A stretch of DNA of 64,000 bases from Macrostomum lignano. Its lineage: Eukaryota. Under the pieces are notes generated by a model. It saw only the letters and a list, made by a program, of their open reading frames with translations. It was not told the origin of the DNA and searched no databases. A program made the position numbers and the translations under genes. This document shows positions 26,835-39,082 of this stretch, one piece after another (the stretch's first letter is position 1; each line of letters starts with the position of its first letter). The stretch is taken from assembly GCA_002269645.1 (NCBI GenBank), contig NIVC01000224.1, positions 186,001 to 250,000 of the forward strand. The letters run 5' to 3'.

Positions 26835-28310
26835 TGAGGCTCCCTGCGTCTCTGTCTGTCTGTCTTTGTGAGGCTCCCTAAGTCATTCTCGGTTTTAGTG
26901 AGGCTCCCTGAGTTACAACTCTGCTTTAGTAAGGCTACCGGAGTCTGCTGCGTTCTTTTGTGGCTCCCTGCGTCACTTGCGTTTTAGTGAGGCTCCCTGC
27001 GTCACTTGCGTTTTAGTGAGGCTCTCTGCGTCACTTGCGTTTTAGTGAGGCTCCCTGCGTCACTTGCGTTTTAGTGAGGCTCCCTGCGTCACTTGCGTTT
27101 TAGTGAGGCTCCCTGCGTCACTTGCGTTTTAGTGAGGCTCCCTGTGTCACTCTCCGTTTTAGTGAGGCTCCCTGCGTCACTTGCGTTTTAGTGAGGCTCC
27201 CTGCGTCACTTGCGTTTTAGTGAGGCTCCCTGCGTCACTTGCGTTTTAGTGAGGCTCCCTGCGTCACTTGCGTTTTAGTGAGGCTCCCTGTGTCACTCTC
27301 CGTTTTAGTGAGGCTCCCTGCGTCACTTGCGTTTTAGTGAGGCTCCCTGCGTCACTTGCGTTTTAGTGAGGCTCCCTGCGTCACTCTCCGTTTTAGTGAG
27401 GCTCCCTGCGTCACTTGCGTTTTAGTGAGGCTCCCTGTGTCACTCTCCGTTTTAGTGAGGCTCCCTGCGTCACTTGCGTTTTAGTGAGGCTCTCTGCGTC
27501 ACTTGCGTTTTAGTGAGGCTCCCTGCGTCACTTGCGTTTTAGTGAGGCTCCCTGCGTCACTTGCGTTTTAGTGAGGCTCCCTGCGTCACTTGCGTTTTAG
27601 TGAGGCTCCCTGCGTCACTCTCCGTTTTAGTGAGGCTCTCTGCGTCACTTGCGTTTTAGTGAGGCTCCCTGTGTCACTCTCCGTTTTAGTGAGTCTCCCT
27701 GCGTCACTCTCCGTTTTAGTGAAGCTCCCTGCGTCACTTGCGTTTTAGTGAGGCTCCCTGCGTCACTTGCGTTTTAGTGAGGCTCCCTGCGTCACTTGCG
27801 TTTTAGTGAGGCTCCCTGCGTCACTTGCGTTTTAGTGAGGCTCCCTGTGTCACTCTCCGTTTTAGTGAGGCTCCCTGCGTCACTTGCGTTTTAGTGAGGC
27901 TCCCTGCGTCACTTGCGTTTTAGTGAGGCTCCCTGCGTCACTCTCCGTTTTAGTGAGGCTCCCTGCGTCACTTGCGTTTTAGTGAGGCTCCCTGTGTCAC
28001 TCTCCGTTTTAGTGAGGCTCCCTGCGTCACTTGCGTTTTAGTGAGGCTCTCTGCGTCACTTTCGTTTTAGTGAGGCTCCCTGCGTCACTTGCGTTTTAGT
28101 GAGGCTCCCTGCGTCACTTGCGTTTTAGTGAGGCTCCCTGCGTCACTCTCCGTTTTAGTGAGGCTCCCTGCGTCACTCTCCGTTTTAGTGAGGCTCCCTG
28201 CGTCACTTGCGTTTTAGTGAGGCTCCCTGTGTCACTCTCCGTTTTAGTGAGTCTCCCTGCGTCAATTTCCGTCCTAGTGAGGCTCTCCGCGTCACTCTCT
28301 GTTGTGCTGT
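26835..28310. repeat. 29/30-bp minisatellite (CGTTTTAGTGAGGCTCCCTGCGTCACTTG / ...CACTCTC) downstream of FucT-A
   Basis: Two interleaved unit variants. Confidence 0.95.
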
Positions 28311-28899
28311 GACTCTCAAAGTATGCGTTCTGTTTGTTTACGGCAGGCTTCTGAAGTACATGCAGCTCTCATTTCTTCTGGTGAGGCTGAATTCCTACTT
28401 CAATAGCAGTTGAAGTTATACCTCAAATTCGACGTCAGTTATCATGCAATTCTGATTTGTCTCCGCTATTTTAAAAGCATATTATGCTGTGTTTTATATT
28501 ACTTGTGCTTTAACCCGAGTGTACATTCGTCGGAATTCTATGTCGCTCAAATTCTGTATGAATAAACTTCTAAACAATTTATGGCACAGCACCGATTCTG
28601 CAGCCTTTGAACGACTATGCTTGTATTTTCGGCTTTATTGATCGATTGCATTGGATTTATAAATTGTCAGCGATAGAATAACGATTAGAATAAAAACGAC
28701 TCGCCCCTGGGGGCAGAGTTTAAAATGTACAGAGCCACGCATACAAAGAGCATGTGACCAAATAAAGGAATAGAATAACAAACACAAACACGAAGGCCCA
28801 ACCTCCACCCGCAAACCTCGCACTACTCTCTCCCAAGAAAAGCACAAGTGGAGAAACAAAGATTCGGAATAAGAGCTCCTAGGTGTCCAGCCCGACCCT

Positions 28900-29660
28900 G
28901 CTGGTCGATAACGGCTTCATCCGGTCAGTCGGCGCTTGCCGTTCACAGCCTGCAGCCGGTAGTTCACTGGGCCGACATTCTTGGCGATGGTATACGGAGC
29001 GGACTATCGGTTCGACAGCGCGTCTTGGACTGTAATCCGCGCTTAATCGTCTGGTGCGTCAGCATCACTCGGTCGTTGATCTTGAATTCGATCGTCTCAG
29101 CTCCGATCGGTTGTAGGACTCGTGCTGTGACCGCTGAGCGGCGTGCAAATGTGCTCGCACCACCTGGAAGCCCCACCGCGGTCGATTGTCGCTTGCATGC
29201 AGATCCGCGCGTTGTCCTGCGGCTGGTCGCGCTCGTCTCGCTCACCGCGAGCGCTAAATCGACCGGCAGTCTGGACTGCAATTGTCCTTGTTGTAAGGCG
29301 ACTCGACTGTAGAGATGTGCGCAGAGCTGTTGTAGGCCCATGCACACGACCTAGGGCAGAAGGGTGTCCCAGCCGGTCTGATTCTCCGAGCGGAAGGTCG
29401 AAAGCATGCTGCCAAGCGTGTTGAGCCTCTCGACATTGCCGTTGCCGCTGGGGTGAAACGGTGAGTTCCGCAACCGTTTTAAGCAGTGCGCAGGCCTGCT
29501 TAAAAAATTCAGCCTCAAACTGGCGACCTTGATTGGAGTGCACGACTTCGGGAACACCATGCCGCAGGACAACGCGGCAGACGACGGTAGACGGCGCTGG
29601 TCAACAGGGCTTCGGCTACCGTCTTGGCGTCGATTTGGCTGAGTGCCGCAGTCTCGATGT
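28900..29660 (-). pseudogene. Frameshifted Ty3/Gypsy integrase fragment (core and C-terminus)
   Basis: Across frames: DAKTVAEALL..VHSNQGRQFEAEFFKQAC..SPFHPSGNGNVERLN..GWDTLLP..WAYNSS..RLPVDL..FKINDRVML. These match the integrase SDQGRQF, PYHPQ.NG.VER.N and GPY/F-region motifs. Confidence 0.85.
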
Positions 29661-29753
29661 GGCTCTTAAAATCTTATTGAAAATTATCAAATTTACGTTG
29701 CGGGTGCGTTGCAAATTCCGAAGCCCATTTTTCGGAATTGCAGATTTTTCAGA

Positions 29754-30648
29754 TCAGTTTCCCTGAGTCTCAATCGAGCACGCGAGAAGCTGATGCAGCT
29801 CGTAAAGGAAATCGAAAGCTACGAACAGACACGGCTCGGGAAGCATCTGTGCACCATCGACCGCAGACTCCGCCTTCACCACTTTGCTGCCTGAAGCATC
29901 AGCCCAGAAGCCCTTCGTGTTGCTGCAGCATGAAACCCAACCAGGCAACGAGTCCTTGGATCTCGCTGTGAAACTCACAAATGCTCTGCTTCTCGCACAG
30001 CTGCATCACGTCCTTGAAATGCCGGTCGATGCTCAGCTGCAGGTCTCTCAGAGCTCCGCAAACGTCGCCCAGCTTCACTCGTCCTTGTTCGTCTCCACCA
30101 GACACCGCGTTCTCGAGATCGCTGCACTGCAGCTCCATGCGAGAGCACTGCTCAAGGACGCTTCGAAGGTCGCTGGTGCTTTCCGCCGCTGCTATCGAGC
30201 TGTCGAACTTCTGCAGCACTGCAAAGTCGCTCAGCTTCTGCCTTGCTGCGTCAGTCCTGGCAGTGAGTCGACTCGTCACAGCTTCCTTGTGCTTCATCAG
30301 CGACTCAATGGCTTCATTGAGCAGATCCTCAGCCACCTGCAGCTCCGCTTCTAGCGCCTGCGAGTCCGTTCTTAGCAGGTCGCGGACGAGCCTCAGAGGC
30401 TGCAGCCTCGCTTCGACTCTGGCACGAAGTTTGCGCACTCTGTCGGAGTCTCGGTCCAGGTGTCTCTGACACAGAGGCTGCGGTGTCTGAGCTCCGTTGC
30501 CAGCAGCCGCTGCGCTGCAGGTGGCCAGGGAGCAGCGCTGACTGCCTGTTTGAGTGGCTTCGGCCATGGCTCTTCTGAGCTGAAGAGGAGAGTTTGGAGA
30601 AGCTGAGGCATTGTGGAGCGTGTGCTCAGGGAACTGCAGAAGCTGCAC
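29754..30648 (-). CDS. Intronless coiled-coil protein with a possible N-terminal C-x4-C..C-x2-H (B-box-like) motif; probable frameshift or early stop near 29899
   Basis: 249-aa ORF with heptad-like helical composition. A protein-like continuation (KVVKAESAVDG...) lies in another frame down to 29754. Confidence 0.5.
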
Positions 30649-31600
30649 TTTAGGTCAAATGGAGGACCTCATTTGGTACAGCGATGGCTTGAAGGGCTGA
30701 TTAGTAATCCCGATCTCTTCCAATAGCGTAACCATTTTGATTCAAATTTTGTTTGTGATGTAACCACGCTCTGGTCGCGGGATAGGGCATGGGAACTTTT
30801 TCGAAAGTGCCTCCTATCCCGTGCACCCTCTGCGCAGAGCTGTCGAGACTCGGCCAGGTCTCCGACCGGGCCTGGAGACTCCCGCTCTGCTGCACCCCTC
30901 CTGCTGCCTTGGTCCCGTCTCCCCTGCCGCCACACCTGCCTTTCCGGAGCCCCCTACCCCTTTCTGTACCTCCCCCTCTACCCTATCTCTTCTGTTTTCC
31001 GCCCTATTCTTCCTGTACTTTCCCTATCCCCCTCTTTTTGTCTCCCTCTGCACTCTTCTCCTGCGCTGTCCCCTCTTTCTCTGTGTCTACTCACAGTATT
31101 TTGTGTGCTCACCGTCTCCCCATCCCCTCTCAAACTCCCAAACGGTGACGCAAGTCGTGTGACCCCTTCTCCCCCGATGACTCATCGATGACTCATCTCC
31201 CTCTCTTGCGCAGCCTTTTCTCACGCTATTGTTCTCCTTCCCAAATTTCTCATGCGACACCCACCCCACCTCCGCTTCTATTGTTCTCGTTTTTGATTCT
31301 TTTGTTCTCTCGACCCCCACCAATTATCACATTTTCTCCGATTTTCTCTTTCTTTTGTTCTCGTTTTCGCACCTAATTATCACCTTTTCCCCAATGTTTA
31401 CTTTTCCATTGTTCTCAGTTCTCCCCAATTATCCCCGTTTTCCAATTCCTTTGTTCTCGACCCCAGCCCTATTGTTCTCAATGTTTGCTTGCGCAATACT
31501 TTCGCGACCACCCGCTGCGCCAATTATCCCCCCACCCCACCTCCGGATTGCGCAATTTCCCGATTTCTCATGTTGCTATGCCGGTCTCATGCTTCTTATC

Positions 31601-31693
31601 ATGACTCATTCTGACGTCATTCTGCCGGCAGCCAATCAGAGAGAGGGAGCCATGGTAACGACCTTGAGGAGGCGGCTGTGAGGTCTATAAAAG
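31601..31693 (+). promoter_or_regulatory. Pol II promoter-like cluster: AP-1 (31601-31609), CRE (31612-31619), CCAAT (31631-31639), RFX-like half site (31650-31659), TATAAAAG (31686-31693)
   Basis: Consensus motifs in canonical order and spacing; GTAAGT donor at 32016. Confidence 0.45.
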
Positions 31694-33435
31694 AAAGCGA
31701 TTTCGGCATGAGAATCCTCAGACGTTCTACGTTTTCCCCTTTCCGGGACTTGTTGTCAGACTGAGTTCTGACCTATTCGTCTATAAGGCGAATCCCTGCC
31801 GGTCCGCGGTCTGTTACCGCCAAGTTATCCTTAGCTCCCCAAGTGAGCTCGCCTATCGGCCAGCGGTCTGATACCGCCCAGCATCATCAGCATCGCCTGA
31901 TCTACATCAGCGCCTCGTCGCTTCAGCGCACCGCCGCTTCACTGTCTGCCTGACTGCAGCCTACAGCCGCCACCGGTCACTCCGCCTCTCTCTCTCTCTC
32001 TCTGTGCAGCTGCCGGTAAGTTCCTGTTACTAATTTGTGCTCTGATTGCCTTTGCTTATCCGGGGTTTGCCTATTTCCGATTGTCTGATTAGAGAGCTGA
32101 GCCAATTGTGATACCGTAACTTTTTGCTGTATTTTACTCAATAGTGAAGCCGCCTAATTGCCTAATTATTCGCCTAAAGGCCTAATTACTAACTACTAAC
32201 TAACTTCATCATTATTCAATCTTTCACCATCATTTAACTCATGGCTTGCTAAGCCTTTCTCCCGGGGTGGCAAAGCATAAGGAAGTTTGGGTAAGCTAAT
32301 GGCCTCTCCCCGTGCAAAGCTCGCCTGTGAGTGCGTGCTGCGGGGCCGTGTGAGCGTGCAGTAGAGGGATTAGCGAGTTTTGGCACAGAATGGCAGTAGG
32401 AAGGTTGCAACCCCATGCTGACGCGTCCCTTCGCCCTGAGCAATCTAAACTAGAGACAGTACATGTTCGCCTCATACTACTCTTAGTAATCAAAGTCGCA
32501 AGTCAGCCTCGCTCACAGCCACAAAGGATCCCCTGCTGAGAAATCCTCCAGATTGAGCCCAGAGTTCCCGATCATGCCCCAAGCAGAGTCCCTGTACTCG
32601 GCTGCATGCGTCTCCCCTGTTAGCCTAAATCCCCTGGTAACCAATCCAGGCGGGGCTCTAGCCTCGAGAGGTCTGGTAGAAAGATCCAGGTGCGCCAGGT
32701 CACATAGAGTGGTGGCAGCCACTCGGTCATACCATGACCGAGTGACCAACTATTGCACCTTGGCTACAGGTGGGGTCCATGTGGGTCCTTGGCCCTCTGG
32801 TCACGAAGCGCTACCAAAGCTACTAATCATGTGGGCGGGACAGTCTGGTGCTGGAGGTCCGTCAGGTCATTGTCCGGTCATAGGCAGCCTACGGTCATTG
32901 CCCCCTCTAGCCAAGCGTTCGTCTCTCAATAGGAGCGGACAGGCGACAAGGGCGGTTTCATCATTTGCTACTGAAATGATTATTTTGCATCCATTTTTTT
33001 TCACATATCCTCCATAATTAATTTAACCCTCTATGGTATGTCATCAACACATATTTGAGAACATTTGACCAGCATTTTACTAAAACAACGTTTAATTTCT
33101 TGTTTGCATGGTTTACTCGTAATGAACAACAGGAATGAAGGTTCCCGCTAGTCGATAATGTAGAGGAAGTCTTTGTTTAAAGTTTAAATATTTCAGCGGT
33201 ACTACTTGGAGACTAGCAAGGCTTCAGCAAAGTCAATAGACTACAGACAGGCTATAATTTAAAGACCAAGTTATGTAATTATTCAAAGAAAATTGAATTA
33301 TAAAAATATTGGAATATTCAGACTAAATTGCTACATATTGCATTGGACCAAGTAGCGCAATACGCTAATTTACTGACTAAAAAGTATTATAATTGTCATT
33401 ACACATTTTTATCTAGCAATAAAAATTCACATGTA

Positions 33436-34474
33436 CGAGGGTTGTCCCAGAAATAGTGGGAAAAACCGGTACAAAGCCTGACTGTGATATTCGAATTTGA
33501 TGCAACTTGCGTCATATGTAGAAAAACATCCAACGGTTGTTTTGCTTTTTAAATGGGGTAAAAATGTCAAGTGATTCAAAAGTCATGCCTATAATTAGAA
33601 CAAGGGGTAGGGGGTAGAGTCATGGATGAAGGAATAGAATTATGGCCTATCAGATTCCTCCATCCATGCATGGGTAGAGTTACACCAAGTCGAGCCTACT
33701 ATGCTGGCCATTGACTAAACTTTTGATGTTTAGTCAGAACCATCGATTCGAAAACAGAAGCTAATCTGAAGCAGAAGCAGAAGAAGAACAGCACAAGGAA
33801 CATCAGTGGCACCGGCGTAAAGCTGCAAGAAGCATTTTGAATCACGGTACTGATCGTCGATCGCGACAAGACAGCATGAAGCCTCAATGATTTCGATGAA
33901 GCCTCACCTTCTGTTGTACGACAATGCTCAACCTCACACGGCAAAGAAAACGCTGGATCATATCAACAACCTTAACTTTGATCTGCTGCCCCACCCGCCG
34001 TACTCACCAAACTTGGCTCTGAGCGACTATGCCATTTTCCCTCTTTTGAAGTTCGCATCTGTGTGGGCGCATCTGTGACCACCGCAACAAGTTGGAACAG
34101 GAAGTCAGGCGAGTTCAACTCTATGAGATCCCGCGCCGGGCCTACATGTATGCAGATGCCATCAATGCGCTCTTCACACGATCGACTAAGTGCTGCACAG
34201 GCTGAGGGGTGACTTCGTCGAAAAGTCATCAATCAAGGGTGATGGCGATGCTTTGTGACCGACTTTGCAGACCCCTCGACTTAGTGTAAACTCTACCCCC
34301 TACCCCTTGTTTTAATTATAGGCATAACTTTTGAATGACTTGACATTTTTACTCCATTTAAAAAGCAAAACAACCATTGGATGTTTTTCTACATATGACG
34401 CAAGTTGCATCAAATTCGAATATCACAGTCAGGCTCTGTACCGGTTTTTACCACTATTTCTGGGACAACCCTCG
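33436..34474 (+). mobile_element. Non-autonomous mariner with 185-bp TIRs and a transposase remnant
   Basis: TA|CGAGGG...CCCTCG|TA ends. 33436-33620 is inverted at 34290-34474. Internal YDNAQPH...PHPPYSPNLALSDY is the remains of the mariner HDNA/YSPDL motifs. Confidence 0.92.
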
Positions 34475-35403
34475 TATTACATACAAATTAATTCCTTGGT
34501 TTAAAACTCAAAACGGAGAAAATAAATTAATAATTTGCATATAATTGTTTGTATTAGTTTCTAGTCAGCAACAGGCATACTACTATCTTTAATATATAAG
34601 CAATAGTTTCATTTCATTTAAAGATTCGAATAATTGCGCTTTATTGAAGCAGTGCATAAGTAAGACAAAAAAGTCGAACATGCAGACAAACACTGGACTC
34701 AGTGAACTGTAAATTTGTATGTGGAACTGGTGGACGTACATATTTACGAGACAATTGTTTTGATGTCTATTGGTCTTTGTCCAGCTACAGCCCAGCGTTT
34801 AGGGGTGACAGTGCAGCGTTTAGCCTGGCCCACGACTTGAAAATGTATGACCAAAATGGCTGCCGCGGTAGAGGATTACATGCACAAAAACAAGACCGGC
34901 TATTACAGGATTCTATTCTCACTCGACACGACAGACGTGTGTAGCTGTTATGAAACTCGTCTATTATAAATATTTGCATATCGTCTATAAATTGCAATTG
35001 CATTGCAACCAACATCTTCATGCTAAACAAAATAGTCGACAAATGGGATCTCCAGACTATGTTCTTGTCGCAGAGAACTCGCAGAGGCCCGCCCCGCTCT
35101 CAGATTCGAAGCGGAGGCAAGGAATTGATTCATTGTCTTGCAAAGTGATCGCCATGCAAACGTGCTCGGAGGAAATATCGATACAGTATCTGTCATTAAA
35201 GTGATACAGAACATCTATTATTATTATTAGAGGCAGGGGGGTTGTGTGCACCCTGGCGCACTTTAAGCGACATAGGCACACAACCGGCGAGAGGCATTAC
35301 TGCCCATTCCGCCGACTCCCCTGAGCAGGCACACAAGCGCGCGGATACGTACGCAGGCACACACTCATACAGGAGTGTACAGTGGCCCTAACTTTACATT
35401 AAC

Positions 35404-36749
35404 TGAGGTTTATTCAAAAAGTTCTTTTCGGTCCTTTGGCATTTATTTTTAGAAAGCGTTGTAAACAGAATTTTAGCGATTTTACCAAGTTATGTCTATG
35501 GCCTAAACGTTCCTAGGGTTTTAAGTCTCAGTTTGCAACTATGTTAGAGCAGCGAACATTTCTATCAGCTGCCACTCAATTTCTTGGCCATGGCTGAATC
35601 ATTTTCAAAGCAAGACGTTCGAAGCTTGATGAAGTTTCAGTTTCTGCAAGGAAAAAAGCCACCGGATATGTTTAGGGAGCTTCAGCAAGTGCTTGGCAAC
35701 TGTGCACCAACTGAGCAGACAGTTCGAAAATGGTACCGGCTGTTCGCTGAGGGAAGAGAGAGCGTTGAGGACAATGGCCGCTCTGGAAGGCCGATGACTG
35801 CAACCAAAGAGACTGTTGTGAAGAAAGTGCAAGAGCTCTTGGATGATGATCGGCGACGGACTTGCGAAGAGTTGGCAGAAGACGTTGGTGTGTCAGTAGG
35901 AAGCGTCCACACTATTCTGACTGAGCGTCTTCTCCTACAGAAAAAGTTCTGCAAGTGGGTGCCACACCTGCTGACAGGTGAGCAAAAGATGCAGCGAACT
36001 GTGGCTTCAAGCAGCCACCTGCGTCGGTTCCATCGAGAAGGGGAGGATTTTCTATCAAGAATTGTTGCTGGAGACGAGACGTGGGTTTACAGCTGGGATC
36101 CTGAGACAAAGGCCCAGTCTGCCGAATGGCTTCCAGCACATTCTCCAAGACCTCAGAAGGCCATCAGGAAGCAGGGCGCGATAAAGATCATGCACGTCAT
36201 GTTTTTTTATTCCCAAGGAATCCTGCTGAACTGGGCAGTCCCACAAGGAACCACCGTCAATGGGGACTACTACAAGTGGATTCTGCAGGAGAAGCTGCGC
36301 CCAGCAATACGAAAGAAGCGCCCTGGTCTGCTGGAATCTGGCGTGATCCTGCTGCACGACAATGCGCCAGCACATCGCAAGCACAACGTCGTGGAACTCC
36401 TGAGCAAATGGGGCTGGGAAGTGCTCCAACATCCACCCTATTCGCCTGATTTGTCGCCGTGCGACTTCTTCTTATTTCCATCTGTGAAGAAGCACCTTCG
36501 GGGCATTTGATTTGACAGCACCGAGCACATCGAAGCTGCATGCAATCAAGCTGTTCGCCAAATGGACGCGAGTGGTGTGAGTTCCGGAATCAGAGGCCTG
36601 GTAAATCGCTGGCAGAAGTGCAAAGACATTGGCGGTGAATATGTTGAGTGACAGAATCATGTTAAGCAATCTAACAGTGTTTTCATAGTTCCAGTTGTTT
36701 TGTGTTCAGTTTTGTAGGGCACCGAAAAGAACTTTTTGAATACACCTCG
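35404..36749 (+). mobile_element. Full-length mariner (DD34D) element, ~1.35 kb
   Basis: 29-bp TIRs (27/29 identical). TA on the right; left TSD degenerate. Confidence 0.92.
35584..36651 (+). pseudogene. Mariner transposase (355 codons) with a single premature TGA at 36508-36510
   Basis: WVPHLL, GDETW, HDNA and YSPDLSPCD motifs. The frame continues past the stop (FDSTEHIE...RWQKCKDIGGEYVE*). Confidence 0.92.
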
Positions 36750-37271
36750 TATCGTTAGGCATGTACACTTCACTGCGCCTTGGGGGGTTGGCTCTCAAGG
36801 CCGTTAATTGCACGAGCAGAGCCAAGCCGAGATTCCAACTCAGCCCCAAATTAATGCGACTGCACTTGGAATCGAGCCTGGGTCACTGGCACACCAGAGC
36901 AGCTGCGCTACCGCTGGGCTACGCCCCCCCCCCCTGATACAGAACATCGCTGCGTGAATTGAATTGGCAGACACAAACTGTCCATAAATACATGTAGGAA
37001 GAAGAAATATGCTTCTTTCACACTCAAGTCAGCGGCCTGTCTGATGGACTACTCGCTCCTAAAATGAATAATAAATCGCAAGAGCGAGCCCTAACTATAC
37101 CCTGAGCGCTACCCTGCGCGGGCGCTGTCAGATGCTGCTGGGCCACTGCCTCCCCGACCCTGAGCCGGACTTTTTTTCTGAAAATAAGACTTAGACAGAG
37201 AACTTATAAGATCGGCCTCCATAATTTTTTGCATGCATCGCTAGATTCCCGTCCCTGGCGATAGTCCCTGT

Positions 37272-37664
37272 GTGGAAAGGCTATATATCCGAAGTACTAG
37301 TTGCATGAAAAGGGGCCTGAGTGGTCTTTATCCCCAAGCCCGGAAAGAGCGACTACCAATCGGTGAAGGCCAGCATTCGCATTTGCCGCACTCCGAACTA
37401 CGCTTCAAGACTCTCGAAAGGTGTGATGGGGACAAAATCCTAACGGACTCCATCCCAGCCCCCCTTCTTCTGAAACAAAGGTACATGTACAAGCTCATTA
37501 TTGATCAGCCTCGGCATGAGGCGAGTGACAGCTGGATTGATTCCGAAGTCCACTGTTACATTGACGGCTCAATGAGGCATATGGCCTCTCAACTTTCAGA
37601 GCATGCGTCCTCATCAAGGGAAAAGCGGTGTGAAGCTACTCCAGCACACTGGACTAAACTCTAG
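37272..37664 (+). pseudogene. Non-LTR retrotransposon fragment (tether and start of RNase H)
   Basis: TDSIPAPL...WIDSEVHCYIDGS resembles the YTDGS RNase H start of RNase-H-bearing LINE clades. Confidence 0.5.
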
Positions 37665-37734
37665 TGTTTTTAGAGCGAGGTCAAAAAGCTCCACAACTGG
37701 TATAATGGGTATTGGTATAAATTGGTATATTTGA

Positions 37735-38160
37735 GGCAACATTGGCTGCTGCTGTTAAAAGTACACGCAATTGTTGGTAAAGTACGTTGTTTGTCACAAA
37801 AGGTGAAAAAGCCTGACACCAGAAATCGGTACCGTGGCACAGCTGGTACAGATTTGAGAAGTGTAAAATTCAATAACAGTTATTACAGATATCAGCAGGA
37901 CTAAAAAATCTGCAAGATTCGTTAAGACAGAGGAATAGCAATGCATGCGATTGAGCACTGATCAAGCATCAGATTAGCAATAACTCACATGGTGCAGAAG
38001 GCTTTGAGTCAAACTGTCTGAAAGCGACAAATCAGATGATACTTGAAGTATTTGAGCACGGCTTAACAAATAAACTCAAACAACAAATTTTAGCAGCCTC
38101 AAGCGGCAGAGGCTCTGAGCAAAACTCTGGAGCAAGCATTCATGTCCGGAATGTCAAGCA
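37735..38160 (+). repeat. Dispersed repeat, diverged homolog of 63135-63580
   Basis: Colinear blocks, e.g. GCTTTGAGTCAAACTGTCTGAA, GAGCACGGCTTAACAAATAAACTC, GCAGCCTCAAGCGGCAGA. Confidence 0.85.
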
Positions 38161-38289
38161 ATTTAAAACACAGGGGAATATGCTTCTGAAAAAGCGGAGA
38201 AAAGTCCGACTTTTCTGATAACTGACTGGCACACAAAAAAATCGAATGCGAGGTCAAACTCAAACGGATATTGAAGTAGACGGAGCACA

Positions 38290-38980
38290 GCACAGCACAC
38301 GGAGAGTGACGCAGGGAGCGTCAATAAAACGGAGAGTGACGCAGGGAGCGTCAATAAAACGGAGAGTGACGCAGGGAGCGTCAATAAAACGGAGAGTGAT
38401 GCAGAGAGCGTCAATAAAACGGAGAGTGACGCAGGGAGCGTCAATAAAACGGAGAGTAACGCAGAGAGCGTCAATAAAACGGAGAGTGACGCAGGGAGCG
38501 TCAATAAAACGGAGAGTGACGCAGGGAGCGTCAATAAAACGGAGAGTGACGCAGGGAGCGTCAATAAAACGGAGAGTGACGCAGGGAGCGTCAATAAAAC
38601 GGAGAGTGACGCAGGGAGCGTCAATAAAACGGAGAGTGACGCAGGGAGCGTCAATAAAACGGAGAGTGACGCAGGGAGCGTCAATAAAACGGAGAGTGAC
38701 ACAGGGAGCGTCAATAAAACGGAGAGTGACGCAGGGAGCGTCAATAAAACGGAGAGTGACGCAGGGAGCGTCAATAAAACGGAGAGTGACGCAGGGAGCG
38801 TCAATAAAACGGAGAGTGACACAGGGAGCGTCAATAAAACGGAGAGTGATGCAGAGAGCGTCAATAAAACGGAGAGTGACGCAGGGAGCGTCGATAAAGC
38901 GGAGAGTGACGCAGGGAGCGTCAATAAAACGGAGAGTAACGCAGGGAGCGTCAATAAAACGGAGAGTGACGCAGGGAGCC
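38290..38980. repeat. 30-bp minisatellite CGGAGAGTGACGCAGGGAGCGTCAATAAAA, about 23 copies, downstream of FucT-B
   Basis: Its reverse complement is homologous to the 30-bp variant at 26835-28310. Confidence 0.95.
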
Positions 38981-39082
38981 TTACAAAAATGGAGTGAGTG
39001 ACATAAAGAGCCTCACACTTTACCCTAAGAGAAAAATGATAGTAAAAATACAGTAATGGAATGATTAAAGCCAGCTAATTGA

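Larger units (their letters stand above)
35235..36925 (-). mobile_element. SINE family B copy, split by the mariner (35235-35403 and 36750-36925)
   Basis: The two halves join to match the uninterrupted copy at 21378-21740. Confidence 0.8.

Noticed and set aside
30759-31160. TGTAACC start as a possible LTR for the Gypsy fragment
   Set aside because: No matching CA end, TSD, PBS/PPT or second copy could be located.
32230-33020. Protein-like minus-strand segments, possibly a retroelement 3' end
   Set aside because: No motif I can assign with confidence; left uncalled.
38163-39001. 263-aa and 251-aa repeat ORFs
   Set aside because: The 30-bp satellite is open on both strands and lies 3' of the FucT-B stop.
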